Shown: positions 18,743-29,260, counted from the stretch's first letter. The stretch is DNA of 64,000 bases from Oceanispirochaeta sp. (GCA_963663385.2 CAXXXD010000003.1:512001-576000); one strand, 5' to 3'. Notes: generated by a model not told the origin, from the letters alone. Numbers and translations: made by a program.

Positions 18743-20196
18743 ATCCGTTCCACCTTTATCCGGTTCCCTGACTGTTCCAGAACCCGGACCTTTTCTCCTG
18801 CCGGGATATATTCCCCATCCGATTCGACAGGCAGCACTTCCGTCCCGAAACGGGCTTTTCCTGCAGGGCGCAGGTCTGTCAGGGCCGTCCCGGTCATCTC
18901 TTTCTGCTTTGTTTCTTTCTGAGGGATTATTTCCTGATTCATATCAACAGGACTGGTCAGGATCAGACGGTTGAAAAGGGGAAGCCTGGGGAAAAAGGCC
19001 ATTATCAGGGCAATCAGTCCCCCCGATCCAACCAGAGCTGCCATTACAACCATCAGATTGCGTAAAAATACATCGATCTGCCACTCAAAGTCCGGGATTA
19101 TGAAATCCTGACGGGAGAGGATCAGTCCTGCGGAAATCAGAATCAGTCCCATTATTCCTGTGACTCCGAATCCCGGTATAAGAAATACTTCCACCGCCAG
19201 CAGAATAACCCCCAGTATAAAAAGGAGCAGTTCCAGGGAGTCCATTGTACCCATCAGGGCTCCCCCCAGAAAAACTATGGAAAATACAATGATGGCGACA
19301 GTTCCGGGAAAACCGAATCCGGGGCTGGAGATTTCAAGGTATACCGCAACAAGTCCTATCATAATCAGCAGACTGGTTACCACACTGCCTGTTATCAGGG
19401 CAACCAGTTTATCCGCCCGGGATTCCTCCATCACTATGACATCCTCTTCTTTCAGTCCGAACAGGGCAATCAGCTCTTCCCGGTTCGCAACAGTCCCCCG
19501 GGAAATACCGTATTTCTCCATATGCCCCGCGGTCAGGGTAAGGAGTTTTCCCGCACCGGAAATTATCGGGCCTGTTTCGAAGCTTCTATTCTCCTGCTCC
19601 GCCTTCTTTTTTAGTGAATCCAGCTGTGAATCCTGAATCAGCTGCACCCTGCCGTCAATAGTGACTTCTCTGACGATGACATCCATATCAACCATACCGA
19701 GGGCTGCCGCTTCGGGATAACCGTTTTTTTCAGCCAGGGCTGCCATCTGTCCCCGTACGGCGCTAACCGTTTTTTCCGGAGCCATCTCCATACCTTCCGA
19801 GCTCTGATAGACCGGGGCTGCGGCTCCCATGGATGTCCCCTGGGCCATATAGATCTTTTTGGCTGAAAAAGAGATAAGCGCTCCGGCGGACCAGCTGACT
19901 CCCAGTTTTTCTGCTCCTGCCGAGATAAAGGCAATCGTTTCAACATCCCTTAGGGAACCTATCAGAGTGGTTATCTGAAGGGCTGTGTCGACCCGGCCTC
20001 CGAATGTGTTTATATCGAAAATAATCCTACTGGCATCGGATGCTTTTTCGATGCTGCGCCGCAGGTAAACCAGACGGAAAGGCTCAATATCCCCCTGCAG
20101 GGGAATAATATAGGTTTGTCCCGGAAGAACCGGCGTTATGATCAGCAGCAGGAGTAATACTAAAACCGGACGGGACGGAAAAAAACAGTTTTTCAT
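18739..20196 (-). CDS. Long NfeD (YqeZ/NfeD1b-type) membrane-bound serine protease
   Basis: INTFGGRVD, SAGALI, GAAAPV, GKLLTLT, PGFG TM block, TDLRPAGKA OB-fold. Confidence 0.92.
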   Translation of the reverse strand: MKNCFFPSRPVLVLLLLLIITPVLPGQTYIIPLQGDIEPFRLVYLRRSIEKASDASRIIFDINTFGGRVDTALQITTLIGSLRDVETIAFISAGAEKLGVSWSAGALISFSAKKIYMAQGTSMGAAAPVYQSSEGMEMAPEKTVSAVRGQMAALAEKNGYPEAAALGMVDMDVIVREVTIDGRVQLIQDSQLDSLKKKAEQENRSFETGPIISGAGKLLTLTAGHMEKYGISRGTVANREELIALFGLKEEDVIVMEESRADKLVALITGSVVTSLLIMIGLVAVYLEISSPGFGFPGTVAIIVFSIVFLGGALMGTMDSLELLLFILGVILLAVEVFLIPGFGVTGIMGLILISAGLILSRQDFIIPDFEWQIDVFLRNLMVVMAALVGSGGLIALIMAFFPRLPLFNRLILTSPVDMNQEIIPQKETKQKEMTGTALTDLRPAGKARFGTEVLPVESDGEYIPAGEKVRVLEQSGNRIKVERI

Positions 20197-20248
20197 CCGC
20201 TGCTCCTGGATTAATTCTAGTCCAAAGGGCGCAGTAGTGCAAAAGTAC

Positions 20249-21253
20249 TTAAAAAAGTTCTATCGTACCGTCGGAAACCATGCCGGTAAAATCAAATTCA
20301 TCCACCAGCTCCGGATTCCAGTTCAGGTTGAAAATAAATTTCTGAACAATGCGGACATCCTGTTTCAGCGAAATATTATCCTTTAAAATGTATTCAAAAC
20401 AGATTTGGGGGATATCGCCTCCAAAGGAGATATATTTCTGTTTGTGGTTGATGATAATGGGAACCTGAATATCGGGCCCTCCGTTTTCATAGAACCCTTC
20501 CTTTATAAAGACGGTCTTGAAACCGCCCCACATAAGATTCGTCAGTTCGCCTATCAGGGGAGGGATCACAAACTCGGCAGGCTCTGAAAAATGGGGGTTT
20601 TTTCCGGAATTGACTAAAAACTGATGAAGTTCATCCACATCGGACTGCAGCATCATATACCCGCGGCACCAATTTGTATTGACAGGTATGAGAGTCATGA
20701 TTTCGCCGTATATGACCTTATCCCTGATTATTGAGGGAGCCGGGCAGTGAACCTGAACTCCATTGATCATGGACTTGATGCCGGATATGGAGAAATCCTG
20801 AATCTGCCGTATCATTTCAGAGGGATATTCATGGATAAATATATGGGATTTCAGAAGGGAGCTGATTTTCTCTTTGTCTTCTATGTGGAATGCCCCGTCA
20901 AAGAGCCAGGTCTTTTTTTCCGGAAGGTTCTCCTCCTCTCCAGGCTCCTCCACTCTGAGAAAGAGAGGCAGTTCCGGGCGCTGCTGTTTCAGTTTTTCCG
21001 CCAGGGGGATGAAGTCCCCCCTGTTATTCATAAAAAGAGCGCCCAGGTGGATATTTTTGTCCAATATGATATCAACAAGATCGGGCGATCCTATGGAACG
21101 CATACCTTTCAGATTGTTCTCTTCGAATATTTTTTTCAGCTGCGGGAGGATGGAAATATCCGTATCGAAGGTTAGAGCTCTGCTGGTAAGAGGCATTTTT
21201 TCATTCATGGTAAAACTCCCGAAATGATTTTCTACTCTTTCAGTGTAATACAT
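20249..21253 (-). CDS. CheX-domain protein with degenerate receiver-like N-terminus
   Basis: WCRGYMMLQ, GELTNLMWG (E-x2-N CheC/CheX motif), QVPIIINH, FIFNLNW, C-terminal GTIELF. Start may be the later ATG. Confidence 0.65.
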   Translation of the reverse strand: MYYTERVENHFGSFTMNEKMPLTSRALTFDTDISILPQLKKIFEENNLKGMRSIGSPDLVDIILDKNIHLGALFMNNRGDFIPLAEKLKQQRPELPLFLRVEEPGEEENLPEKKTWLFDGAFHIEDKEKISSLLKSHIFIHEYPSEMIRQIQDFSISGIKSMINGVQVHCPAPSIIRDKVIYGEIMTLIPVNTNWCRGYMMLQSDVDELHQFLVNSGKNPHFSEPAEFVIPPLIGELTNLMWGGFKTVFIKEGFYENGGPDIQVPIIINHKQKYISFGGDIPQICFEYILKDNISLKQDVRIVQKFIFNLNWNPELVDEFDFTGMVSDGTIELF

Positions 21254-21286
21254 TTCGGGAGTATTTGAATTAAAATATTCGATTAT

Positions 21287-23761
21287 TTAACGGTAACTGT
21301 CCCGCAGTGTCCGGATTTTCAATTTTTTCTCTGACAATTCTTCCGGACTGTTCCAGTAAAGGGTAATCCTGCGTTCTTCCCCTGCATCCATATCAAAATA
21401 ATTATCCGAGAAAACAGCATCCCCCTCATATAGATCCAGTTCCACAAATGCTGCATACCGTTTTGCTGTCAGGGTTATTTCATACCCTTCCGCAGCCTGC
21501 TTTAAACCTGCCTTAAGCTCCGGATCGGGCAAATCTATCTTTTTGTATTGTACGAACCAGGTCGTATCCCGCCAGATATGTCTGCCTCCTTCATCAGTCA
21601 GTTCCGCCGAAAGGTAGCGCTCCCTGTTTCTGTCACCGGCCAGCTCTCTGCTGAAATCTTCCGCTGCCAATTTGCGGGATGTCCGGGGGGCAACCTGAAC
21701 ACTTTCTTCCCCTCTGCGGATAATCCTGCCGCTGCACTCTTTAAGGGCCCATTTCAGGGTACCCTTAAACCCATCCATTCCTTCGGTGGACACATAGATT
21801 TCCGCCATCGCCCCTTCCTCCCTGCAGGAAAGGAGTACAGGCGCATAGGCTCTCTTCATGGCATAGTGAAGGGCCTTCCAGCGCCCATAGTAGTCAATGG
21901 ACGACCAGGAAGCCACGGGCCAGTTGTCATTCACCTGCCAGTAGGTGCTTCCCAGGCACCGGCCTCTGTTCTGTCTTAAGTGTTCCACCGCATAGCGACC
22001 GGCTTCCGCCTGGCTCAGCTGGGAGAGGTAGCAGTTGGCATCCATGTCTTTTCCCAGGCGGAAGTACTCGGCGGCGTACTTCATGATTTTCCGGTTACCC
22101 GCATAATCCCCGTTTCTCTGATGATCTTCCATTACGGGAGAGTAGGGGTTCCTGTCTCCTTCTTCCGTATAGGAGCAGACTGTTTTATAGGACGGGAACG
22201 ACTGAAAACCGTATTCGGACAGGAAGCGGAAGTGATGCTTTCTTAAATCCGTAAAAGGGGCGCCTCCATGCCAGACATCCCAGTAGTGGACATCGCCCCG
22301 GTCAGGATCATTGGGATTGTCAAAAAAGCCGCCAGATGAGGGAGACGCTTTCCAGTAGGGGGTCAGGGGGGTTACTTTCTTTGAGAGCTCCGGGAGAAAG
22401 TACTCATACTGCAGGGTATATTCCGCTTTGTTCCTCCCGTCCCATCTCATCTGTTCCCACTCTTCAAAGGCCCATTCCATCTCATTGTTTCCGCAGATAA
22501 GAGCCAGGCTGGGATGATGGGATATCCTGCTGAGGTTGTCCGTAATCTCAAGCCTGAGCTCCTCCCTGAATTCGGGGCAGTCCGCTTCATAGAGGGCACA
22601 GGCAAACATCAGATCCTGCCAGACCAGCAGCCCGAACCGGTCGCATATCTCGTAGAAGTCTCTGTCAGGGTAAATCCCGCCTCCCCAGACCCGTATACAG
22701 TTGAAATTGGCATCCCGGCAGTTTCCAAGGAGTTCTTCTGCTGTTTTTCTACCGGCTCTGGCATTGCAGACATCCCGGGGAATAATGTTTCCCCCCATGG
22801 CGAACAGGGTTATGCCATTCACTCTGAAACCGAAAGACTCTCCCCATTCGTCCGGGGTCCGGTCCAGTTCCACGGTTCTTAATCCGGTTTTCAGTTCCCC
22901 CCGGTCCAGAAGCTGTCCCTTGTGGAAGAGTTCGCTCTTAAGGGTATACAGGGGCTGTCCCCCGTAACCGTTGGGCCACCACAGTTCAGGATTCCCGATT
23001 ACAATATCTGCCTGCTTTCCGGGTGCGGATTCCATCTGCCAGGTTTTACCGGAAGGAGATGTCAGGGTGTACCGGATGGACGTTCCCTCAGTATTCCCTT
23101 CGGCAGTGCTGCTGCAGGAGAGGATGACCCTGTCTGTTCCGCCATTATCCTTCAGGTGTTCCTGGCTTATCCTTGTATCACCCAGTCGTGCTCTTCTGAC
23201 TGCCTTCAGGCTTAAGCTCCGCCAGATGCCCAGATCCGGAACCTGAGGACCCCAGTCCCATCCAAAGGAGGAGCTGCACTTGCGGATCCTGTTGAAACCG
23301 TCGATGATATTATCCGGGGCGCTCCAGATATACCGTTTCTCCTGTTTTTCCCGGATATAGGCCAGGCTGTTGAAGAAGGTTATTTCGATACTGTTTTCAC
23401 CCTGTTTCAAAACTCCGGTAGCATCCAGGTAGTAGCGGCGGTGCATATTCTCTGTCCTGCCTATTACAGTGCCGTTTATGCGGATCTCCGTAAGGGTATC
23501 CAGACCCTCCGCATCCAGGGATATCCGGTCTGAATCTGTCAGGAAATCATCGGGCAGTGTGAATCTCCTGCTGAACATAAAGTCCCTGTCTGCTATCTCA
23601 GGGCATTTCCTGTTGTTCTCTCTCCAGAAAAGGTCTTTCTCTCCCCAGTAACCCGACTCCTCCAGCGCCTGAAAGAGTGTTCCGGGCATATTCCCCTCAA
23701 TATCGTAAGTTCCGCAACCGGAACGAATCCGCCATACTCCTGCCAAATCGAATGCCTTCAT
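21287..23761 (-). CDS. GH2 beta-mannosidase (paralog 1)
   Basis: FGWDWGP, RVWGGG, VWQDLMFAC, GNNE, GDVHYW, SEYGFQS, YWQVNDNWP. Confidence 0.93.
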   Translation of the reverse strand: MKAFDLAGVWRIRSGCGTYDIEGNMPGTLFQALEESGYWGEKDLFWRENNRKCPEIADRDFMFSRRFTLPDDFLTDSDRISLDAEGLDTLTEIRINGTVIGRTENMHRRYYLDATGVLKQGENSIEITFFNSLAYIREKQEKRYIWSAPDNIIDGFNRIRKCSSSFGWDWGPQVPDLGIWRSLSLKAVRRARLGDTRISQEHLKDNGGTDRVILSCSSTAEGNTEGTSIRYTLTSPSGKTWQMESAPGKQADIVIGNPELWWPNGYGGQPLYTLKSELFHKGQLLDRGELKTGLRTVELDRTPDEWGESFGFRVNGITLFAMGGNIIPRDVCNARAGRKTAEELLGNCRDANFNCIRVWGGGIYPDRDFYEICDRFGLLVWQDLMFACALYEADCPEFREELRLEITDNLSRISHHPSLALICGNNEMEWAFEEWEQMRWDGRNKAEYTLQYEYFLPELSKKVTPLTPYWKASPSSGGFFDNPNDPDRGDVHYWDVWHGGAPFTDLRKHHFRFLSEYGFQSFPSYKTVCSYTEEGDRNPYSPVMEDHQRNGDYAGNRKIMKYAAEYFRLGKDMDANCYLSQLSQAEAGRYAVEHLRQNRGRCLGSTYWQVNDNWPVASWSSIDYYGRWKALHYAMKRAYAPVLLSCREEGAMAEIYVSTEGMDGFKGTLKWALKECSGRIIRRGEESVQVAPRTSRKLAAEDFSRELAGDRNRERYLSAELTDEGGRHIWRDTTWFVQYKKIDLPDPELKAGLKQAAEGYEITLTAKRYAAFVELDLYEGDAVFSDNYFDMDAGEERRITLYWNSPEELSEKKLKIRTLRDSYR

Positions 23762-23859
23762 GGATTCATGTTCTCCTTGAGTAAATATTTTGTCTTATTT
23801 TATTGTTTAATAATGACGAATACTTGTTTAGGATCGGTAAAAATATGTATTATTTTGAT

Positions 23860-24702
23860 ATGGGTGTTTTAGTTTTCAAAGAGGATATGACCATGCCCGC
23901 CAACCGGGACCTGTCGGTGATGCGTCTGACCAAACAGAACAGTTTTACCCGGTACCATGGGCATGATTTCTATGAGTTTTTTTTTCTTTCAGACGGGTCA
24001 TTAACCGAAAACCGGAATGGCAGGCGGTATGTCCTGAAAACAGGCGACAGCCTGCTGATCCGTCCCGGTGATTTTCACGGGTATCCCGAATGGAGAAAGG
24101 AGGAGTTTGTCTTCTATAATCTGACTATCCGGAAATCCCTCTGGAAGGAGCTGGAACGTCTCTCTCCCACACTGCCTTTTTCCGGTTTGACCCGGGCGGA
24201 GCAGCCCCGCTTTCTGAATCTCCAGGGCGATGATTTTGAGTTCTGCCGTTATACCCTGGACTGGCTGATCCGTCTGGAGAATGAATCCAGCCGGCGTCAG
24301 GGCTGCCTGAATTTTCTTTCACGGATGGTTCTGCAGTTCTGGGGAGAATCTCACCCTTTCGTCAGCGAGGGAGCTCCTCTGTGGTTTAACAGGCTTATGA
24401 ATCGTCTGGATGAACAGAACACACTTAAGGAGGGAACCGGTTTTTTCAAAGAAGCCAGCCCTGTTTCCTACGAACACCTCTCGCGGCTGTTTAAAAAGCA
24501 TACAGGACAATCCCCCTCGGCCTTTATCCGATCCAGGAGGATAGCCCTGGCCAGGACCTTGCTGGTCGGGTCGGATCTGACTGTGGGAGAAGTGGCCGAG
24601 GAGTGCGGTTACGAAAACCTCAGCCACTTTCACCATCAGTTCCGGAGCGATACGGGCGAATCCCCCCTCCGATACCGGAAGAAGCACAGCGGTTTTCAGT
24701 AG
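23860..24702 (+). CDS. AraC-family regulator (ChbR-like cupin + HTH)
   Basis: YHGHDFYEFF cupin, EHLSRLFKK, ECGYENLSHFHHQF..GESPLRYRK. Start placed at ATG 23860. Confidence 0.92.
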   Translation: MGVLVFKEDMTMPANRDLSVMRLTKQNSFTRYHGHDFYEFFFLSDGSLTENRNGRRYVLKTGDSLLIRPGDFHGYPEWRKEEFVFYNLTIRKSLWKELERLSPTLPFSGLTRAEQPRFLNLQGDDFEFCRYTLDWLIRLENESSRRQGCLNFLSRMVLQFWGESHPFVSEGAPLWFNRLMNRLDEQNTLKEGTGFFKEASPVSYEHLSRLFKKHTGQSPSAFIRSRRIALARTLLVGSDLTVGEVAEECGYENLSHFHHQFRSDTGESPLRYRKKHSGFQ

Positions 24703-27131
24703 GTTTCTCTGAGATGGGTTACCCTGAACTCCGGTTTTTTATTCTTATCCCCTGAAGGAGCCGGGATAAAGCGGACGATCTTTTTCTCTTCCGGCATAAG
24801 GAGAAAACCGTTATCTGAAAAATGCCCCGGAATACCGGCTGTCAGGTAGGTAAAGAATGCCGGCCTGTCACAGGTCAGGATCAGTTCGTATTCCTCTCCA
24901 TCGGACCGGACCTTCCTGGAAATACAGCTTGCCTGAAGATCGCACATACGGGGGACATGGAGGAACAGAAAATTCCGGAGTGTTTCATCCTCCCTTTCCA
25001 GAATAAGTTCCAGGAATTCCCCCCGTCTCTCTTCCTCGCTGCAGAGATCCTCTTCCAGTATCTGTAAGGCGCTGCCGGCCTCAAGGGACAGGTTCCCCGT
25101 CAGTTCCCGTTTCAGGGATCCGTCAAAGGACCTGAAATTCAGTCTGTAGGCGGCTTTAACGCTTTCCGGTTTATCGTTAATCAGGAATGCATTCAGTTTT
25201 CCCTCTTTCATCCAGGCTGTAATATGCACGGGACGGAAAAAACGGGCGGCATTATAATGCAGGAGCTTCCAGTCTCCCGAATATTCGATCGAAGACCAGG
25301 AGGCTACGGGCCAGTTGTCATTGAGCTGCCAGTAGAGTGCTCCCATGCAGACCGGGCGGTTGCTGCGCCAGTACTCTACAGCTGTCTGAATGGCCCAGGC
25401 CTGCTGGACCTGGCTCAGGTAGAGGAAATCCGGAAAACTCCGGGGGAAACGGAAATAACGGCAGAGGGTGGATAGGATGATCTCATTGCCCCGTTCGTTT
25501 TTCTGGTGATGCATCATAGATGGGGAACTGACATTCCATTCCTCTTCGGGGGCATAGGTTTTTACCTGTTCCAGGGAGGGAAAGGATTGGAAGCCGAATT
25601 CGCTGCAGAAACGGGGAAGGATGTCGTAGTAGGATTCAAAGGGTTTTCCTTCGTGCCAGACGCTCCAGTAGTGCATATCCCCCTTTGTATCATCGTGCCA
25701 GCAGTCGGAGTAGTCTCCTTCTCCGGCTGAGGGAGAACTGGGCCACCACTGCCTTTCTGGATCCAGTTCCCTGACAGCGGTTCCCAGAATGCCTTCGTTC
25801 AGGCGGTCGTAGTCCACCAGATAGATATCCCGGTTTTTCTTCGACTCTTCAAACCATGTGAGGGCTCCCACATCTTCGTTGTTTCCGCACCAGAGCGCCA
25901 GAGACGGGTGATTCTTCAGGCGGAGAATCTGTGCCCGGGCTTCCCTGCCCACACTTTGCAGAAACGCCCTGTCCGCAGGGTAGAGAGAACAGGAAAACAT
26001 GAAATCCTGCCAGACCAGAATACCCAGTTCATCACAGATATCATAAAAATAATCCGGTTCGTACTGCCCTCCGCCCCAGACTCTTATCATATTCATATGA
26101 GCCTCTTTGGCGGAGTTCAGAAGATGAGCCGTTCTGTCTCGGGTTTGTTCTCCCGGCAGGGCATCGGTAGGGATCCAGTTTGCCCCTTTGCAGAAAATAT
26201 CCCGTCCGTTTACACGGAAAGTCATGGAGCGTCCTACAGAATCGTCTTCCACAATAACTTCAATAGTTCTGAAGCCTACACGCCGTGTCTGCGACTGATT
26301 CCCCAGTTTCAGAATCAGGTCATAAAGGGGCTGTTCTCCCTGCCCGTTAGGCCACCACAGCCCGGGAGAGGGGATATTCATCTCCCTTGTATAAGAACTG
26401 CAGCCTGCCGGGATAAATACCTTCTCTTCCAGAGTGCTGCCAGCAACAGTGACAAGAAGGGGGAGTGAGGCCGCGGCTGAGGCTTCCGTACTGAAAAAAA
26501 CTTTCAGATTCCAGTTATCCGAATCTGTCCGTTTCAGGTCATAGTGAAAATCCCGGATCAGGATAGTTTCCGGTATCAGGGCAATTTCTCCGTAGACCCC
26601 GGCTGTCATAAGGCAGGGTCCCCAGTCCCAGCCGGAATGGCACTGTACTTTCCGTACCAGGTTCCTGCCGGGAGAATAGACGGGGTAGTACATAACCGGA
26701 ACAGGGTAGGGAAGACTTTCCGCCTTATCCAGAGCCGCCTGTTCTGCCGAATCCAGGTATATGGTAAAGGTGTTACTGCCCTGCTGAAGGAACTCCTTAA
26801 CAGAGATATCTACCGGGACAAACATGTTATCAGAGGTGTAAGCGGTTTTCCCGTTGATTTCGATTCGTCCCACCGTATCCATACTCTGTATTCTGAGACG
26901 AATGGAAGGTGAGGTTGTATCTTCTTCCTGCAAGTGTACAGTGCGGGTCAGAACCCAGTCCTGTTTATTGATCCACTGTACAGCAAGTTCGTTCCGGTTC
27001 CAGTAGGGGTGTGGCAGGATACCGCTCTTGATCAAGGCATTGGCTGTATCGTCGGGAAGGTTTATTTCCGTACGGATTTTCCTGTCTCCGGAGCAAAGCT
27101 CCCATTTCCCCTGCAGATTTATATAATTCAT
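24696..27131 (-). CDS. GH2 beta-mannosidase (paralog 2)
   Basis: SGWDWGP, KGANWIP, RVWGGG, WCGNNE, GDMHYW, SEFGFQS, YWQLNDNWP. Confidence 0.94.
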   Translation of the reverse strand: MNYINLQGKWELCSGDRKIRTEINLPDDTANALIKSGILPHPYWNRNELAVQWINKQDWVLTRTVHLQEEDTTSPSIRLRIQSMDTVGRIEINGKTAYTSDNMFVPVDISVKEFLQQGSNTFTIYLDSAEQAALDKAESLPYPVPVMYYPVYSPGRNLVRKVQCHSGWDWGPCLMTAGVYGEIALIPETILIRDFHYDLKRTDSDNWNLKVFFSTEASAAASLPLLVTVAGSTLEEKVFIPAGCSSYTREMNIPSPGLWWPNGQGEQPLYDLILKLGNQSQTRRVGFRTIEVIVEDDSVGRSMTFRVNGRDIFCKGANWIPTDALPGEQTRDRTAHLLNSAKEAHMNMIRVWGGGQYEPDYFYDICDELGILVWQDFMFSCSLYPADRAFLQSVGREARAQILRLKNHPSLALWCGNNEDVGALTWFEESKKNRDIYLVDYDRLNEGILGTAVRELDPERQWWPSSPSAGEGDYSDCWHDDTKGDMHYWSVWHEGKPFESYYDILPRFCSEFGFQSFPSLEQVKTYAPEEEWNVSSPSMMHHQKNERGNEIILSTLCRYFRFPRSFPDFLYLSQVQQAWAIQTAVEYWRSNRPVCMGALYWQLNDNWPVASWSSIEYSGDWKLLHYNAARFFRPVHITAWMKEGKLNAFLINDKPESVKAAYRLNFRSFDGSLKRELTGNLSLEAGSALQILEEDLCSEEERRGEFLELILEREDETLRNFLFLHVPRMCDLQASCISRKVRSDGEEYELILTCDRPAFFTYLTAGIPGHFSDNGFLLMPEEKKIVRFIPAPSGDKNKKPEFRVTHLRETY

Positions 27132-27158
27132 CAGATTGGACTCCTTGGAATTTCAGGA

Positions 27159-28271
27159 TCAGGTGTAGAACTTCTGAATCAGTTCCTTGCTCATAAATAT
27201 TTTGTTAATCATCATACCTGCGGCTCCATAGGCAACCGCAAATTTCCCGTGAGTGGAGTAGTGGATAGTACATCTGTCCTTGAATATTTTCCGGTAGGCC
27301 CAGTTTTTGGAAATGGCTTCCTCCAGAACAGGTGTCAGTTCTTCCTTGTACTTGACAATATCCCCGCCCAGAAATATATGATCAAGGTTGAGGGTATTGA
27401 TCAGAAAGGCCATATGCCTTGACAGCTCGTCCAGAAATTCCATAAGGGCATCCCTGTCGTGTTCCATGCGTATAATTCTTTTATTCTCAATGGAGAACTG
27501 TCTGCTTCCTTCGTCCAGGTTGATACTCCGGAATTCACCGGCGGAAAAATCCTCTCCCCTGTGAAGTTTTCCGTTTAGTACAAACCCTATACCAAGTCCT
27601 ATATAATTCTGTTCTTCACTGGTTGCATTATGAAACTCTATCAGGGTGAACATGAAGTTTTTCAGGGAGGATGTACGGTGAAACACGATTTCTCCCCAGC
27701 AGCAGGCATTGGCATCGTTATCGATAATGCAGGGAATTCCGAATCTTTTTTCGATGGTATCGGTTACCGGAAAATTATCAATACCCAACGGGATGGAGTA
27801 CGCAATGCATCCTTTCTGATAATTAACAATACCCGTAATGCCGAGACCAATTCCCAGAAGAGGCGGGAGGGGTTTGTCTGAAATCTGCAGTTCTGCCATT
27901 ATATCATCAATATAGGAGAAGAAGTTTTCACGGGTTATCAGGGATTTCCGGTAAACCGATGAGATAATCTCTCCCTCCAGATTTACAAGAACACCCATAT
28001 AGAAATCCGGGTGGATTTCTATTCCGGCAATACAGCCGTAGGATTTATTGATCATCAGTTTTACCGGTTTCCGGCCGCCTTTGGGACCGGCTTCTCCCTC
28101 TTCCACTTCAAAAACACTCTTCTTTTCCAGAAGGTTGGTTACAATAACTGTTACTGTGGATTTATCCAGTTTCAGTTTTCTGGCAATCTCTATACGGCTG
28201 ATTCCATTATTCATCCATATGGTTTTGAGAACATTTGAAGTATTAATCATTTTTGTAACTTTAATTGCCAT
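27159..28271 (-). CDS. ROK-family transcriptional repressor
   Basis: ISRIEIARKLKLDKSTVT HTH, GGRKP linker, NDANAC, GIGFVLNG, AGEF. Start placed at ATG 28271. Confidence 0.93.
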   Translation of the reverse strand: MAIKVTKMINTSNVLKTIWMNNGISRIEIARKLKLDKSTVTVIVTNLLEKKSVFEVEEGEAGPKGGRKPVKLMINKSYGCIAGIEIHPDFYMGVLVNLEGEIISSVYRKSLITRENFFSYIDDIMAELQISDKPLPPLLGIGLGITGIVNYQKGCIAYSIPLGIDNFPVTDTIEKRFGIPCIIDNDANACCWGEIVFHRTSSLKNFMFTLIEFHNATSEEQNYIGLGIGFVLNGKLHRGEDFSAGEFRSINLDEGSRQFSIENKRIIRMEHDRDALMEFLDELSRHMAFLINTLNLDHIFLGGDIVKYKEELTPVLEEAISKNWAYRKIFKDRCTIHYSTHGKFAVAYGAAGMMINKIFMSKELIQKFYT

Positions 28272-28397
28272 ACTATTCCACTTTATTAATTTATCCCTTG
28301 GGATACGACTAATCCGCAAAGGAATAGCCAGGATAAAATCATACAGGAAAACACCCCTGTTTGGCAGTAAAAAATGCTTTTTACCGCCATTTCCTGC

Positions 28398-29252
28398 TTA
28401 TTCTTTTATTGAACCGGCGGTAAACCCGGCTGCAATCTGTTTCTGAAAGAATATGTAGAAGATAATCATGGGCGCTGTTCCCATAACCAGCGCCGCCAGC
28501 TGCATCCCGTAGTCCCTCGAACGGCCTCCCGCAAAGGAGTTGATCCCAACCGGAAGACTTCGGATGGCTGCCCGGCTGGTCAGGGTAAGAACAAGAACGA
28601 ACTCATTCCAGTTTCCCATAAAACAGAAAATAACCATGGTTGTAATAACCGGCGTACAGATGGGAACGATCAGTCTTCTGAAAATAGTCAGATACCCGGC
28701 TCCGTCGATAACCCCCGCTTCAATAAGAGAGTCGGGGATCCCTTTAATAAAGGTTGTGGCCAGGTAAACCAGCATTGGCAGTCCAAAAGCAATATAGGGG
28801 ATAATCACCCCCATCCGGGAATCATCGATCCCCAGCTTCAGTTCCAGGACAAACAGGGGAACCAGAACGGAATGCACGGTAATCAACAGCCCCAGAGTAA
28901 AAAACAGATATAAAACGGCAGTCAGTTTTCTGTATTCAAACTTGGCAAATCCGTATCCGCACATGAGAGCAAAAATTACAGTGGCAAAGGTAGCCACAAC
29001 AGAATAGAACACACTGTTCAGAAAGTATGGTCCCAGGTGTCCCAGCTTGTAGGCATCGGCATAGTTTTTGAAAAAAAGACTGGTCGGAAAAGAAAAGGCA
29101 TTTCTGATGATATCGTTATGAGGTTTAAACGAGCTGTAGATCATCCAGAAAAGGGGGCCTACTGTCAAAATGGTATAAAATATCATGATTATATAGGAGA
29201 ACACTTTCCAGGGAATATTTTCCGCTTTATTATTGATTTGTGTGTTGGACAT
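28398..29252 (-). CDS. Carbohydrate ABC transporter permease (MalG-like)
   Basis: EAA loop LIEAGVIDGAG, WNEF, FQKQIAAG. Confidence 0.95.
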   Translation of the reverse strand: MSNTQINNKAENIPWKVFSYIIMIFYTILTVGPLFWMIYSSFKPHNDIIRNAFSFPTSLFFKNYADAYKLGHLGPYFLNSVFYSVVATFATVIFALMCGYGFAKFEYRKLTAVLYLFFTLGLLITVHSVLVPLFVLELKLGIDDSRMGVIIPYIAFGLPMLVYLATTFIKGIPDSLIEAGVIDGAGYLTIFRRLIVPICTPVITTMVIFCFMGNWNEFVLVLTLTSRAAIRSLPVGINSFAGGRSRDYGMQLAALVMGTAPMIIFYIFFQKQIAAGFTAGSIKE

Positions 29253-29260
29253 AACAGCTC

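Noticed and set aside
28361..28388. Sigma54-like TGGCA...TGC
   Set aside because: GG-to-GC spacing is 11 rather than 10 and it faces antisense; better explained as an intercistronic hairpin before the ROK gene.
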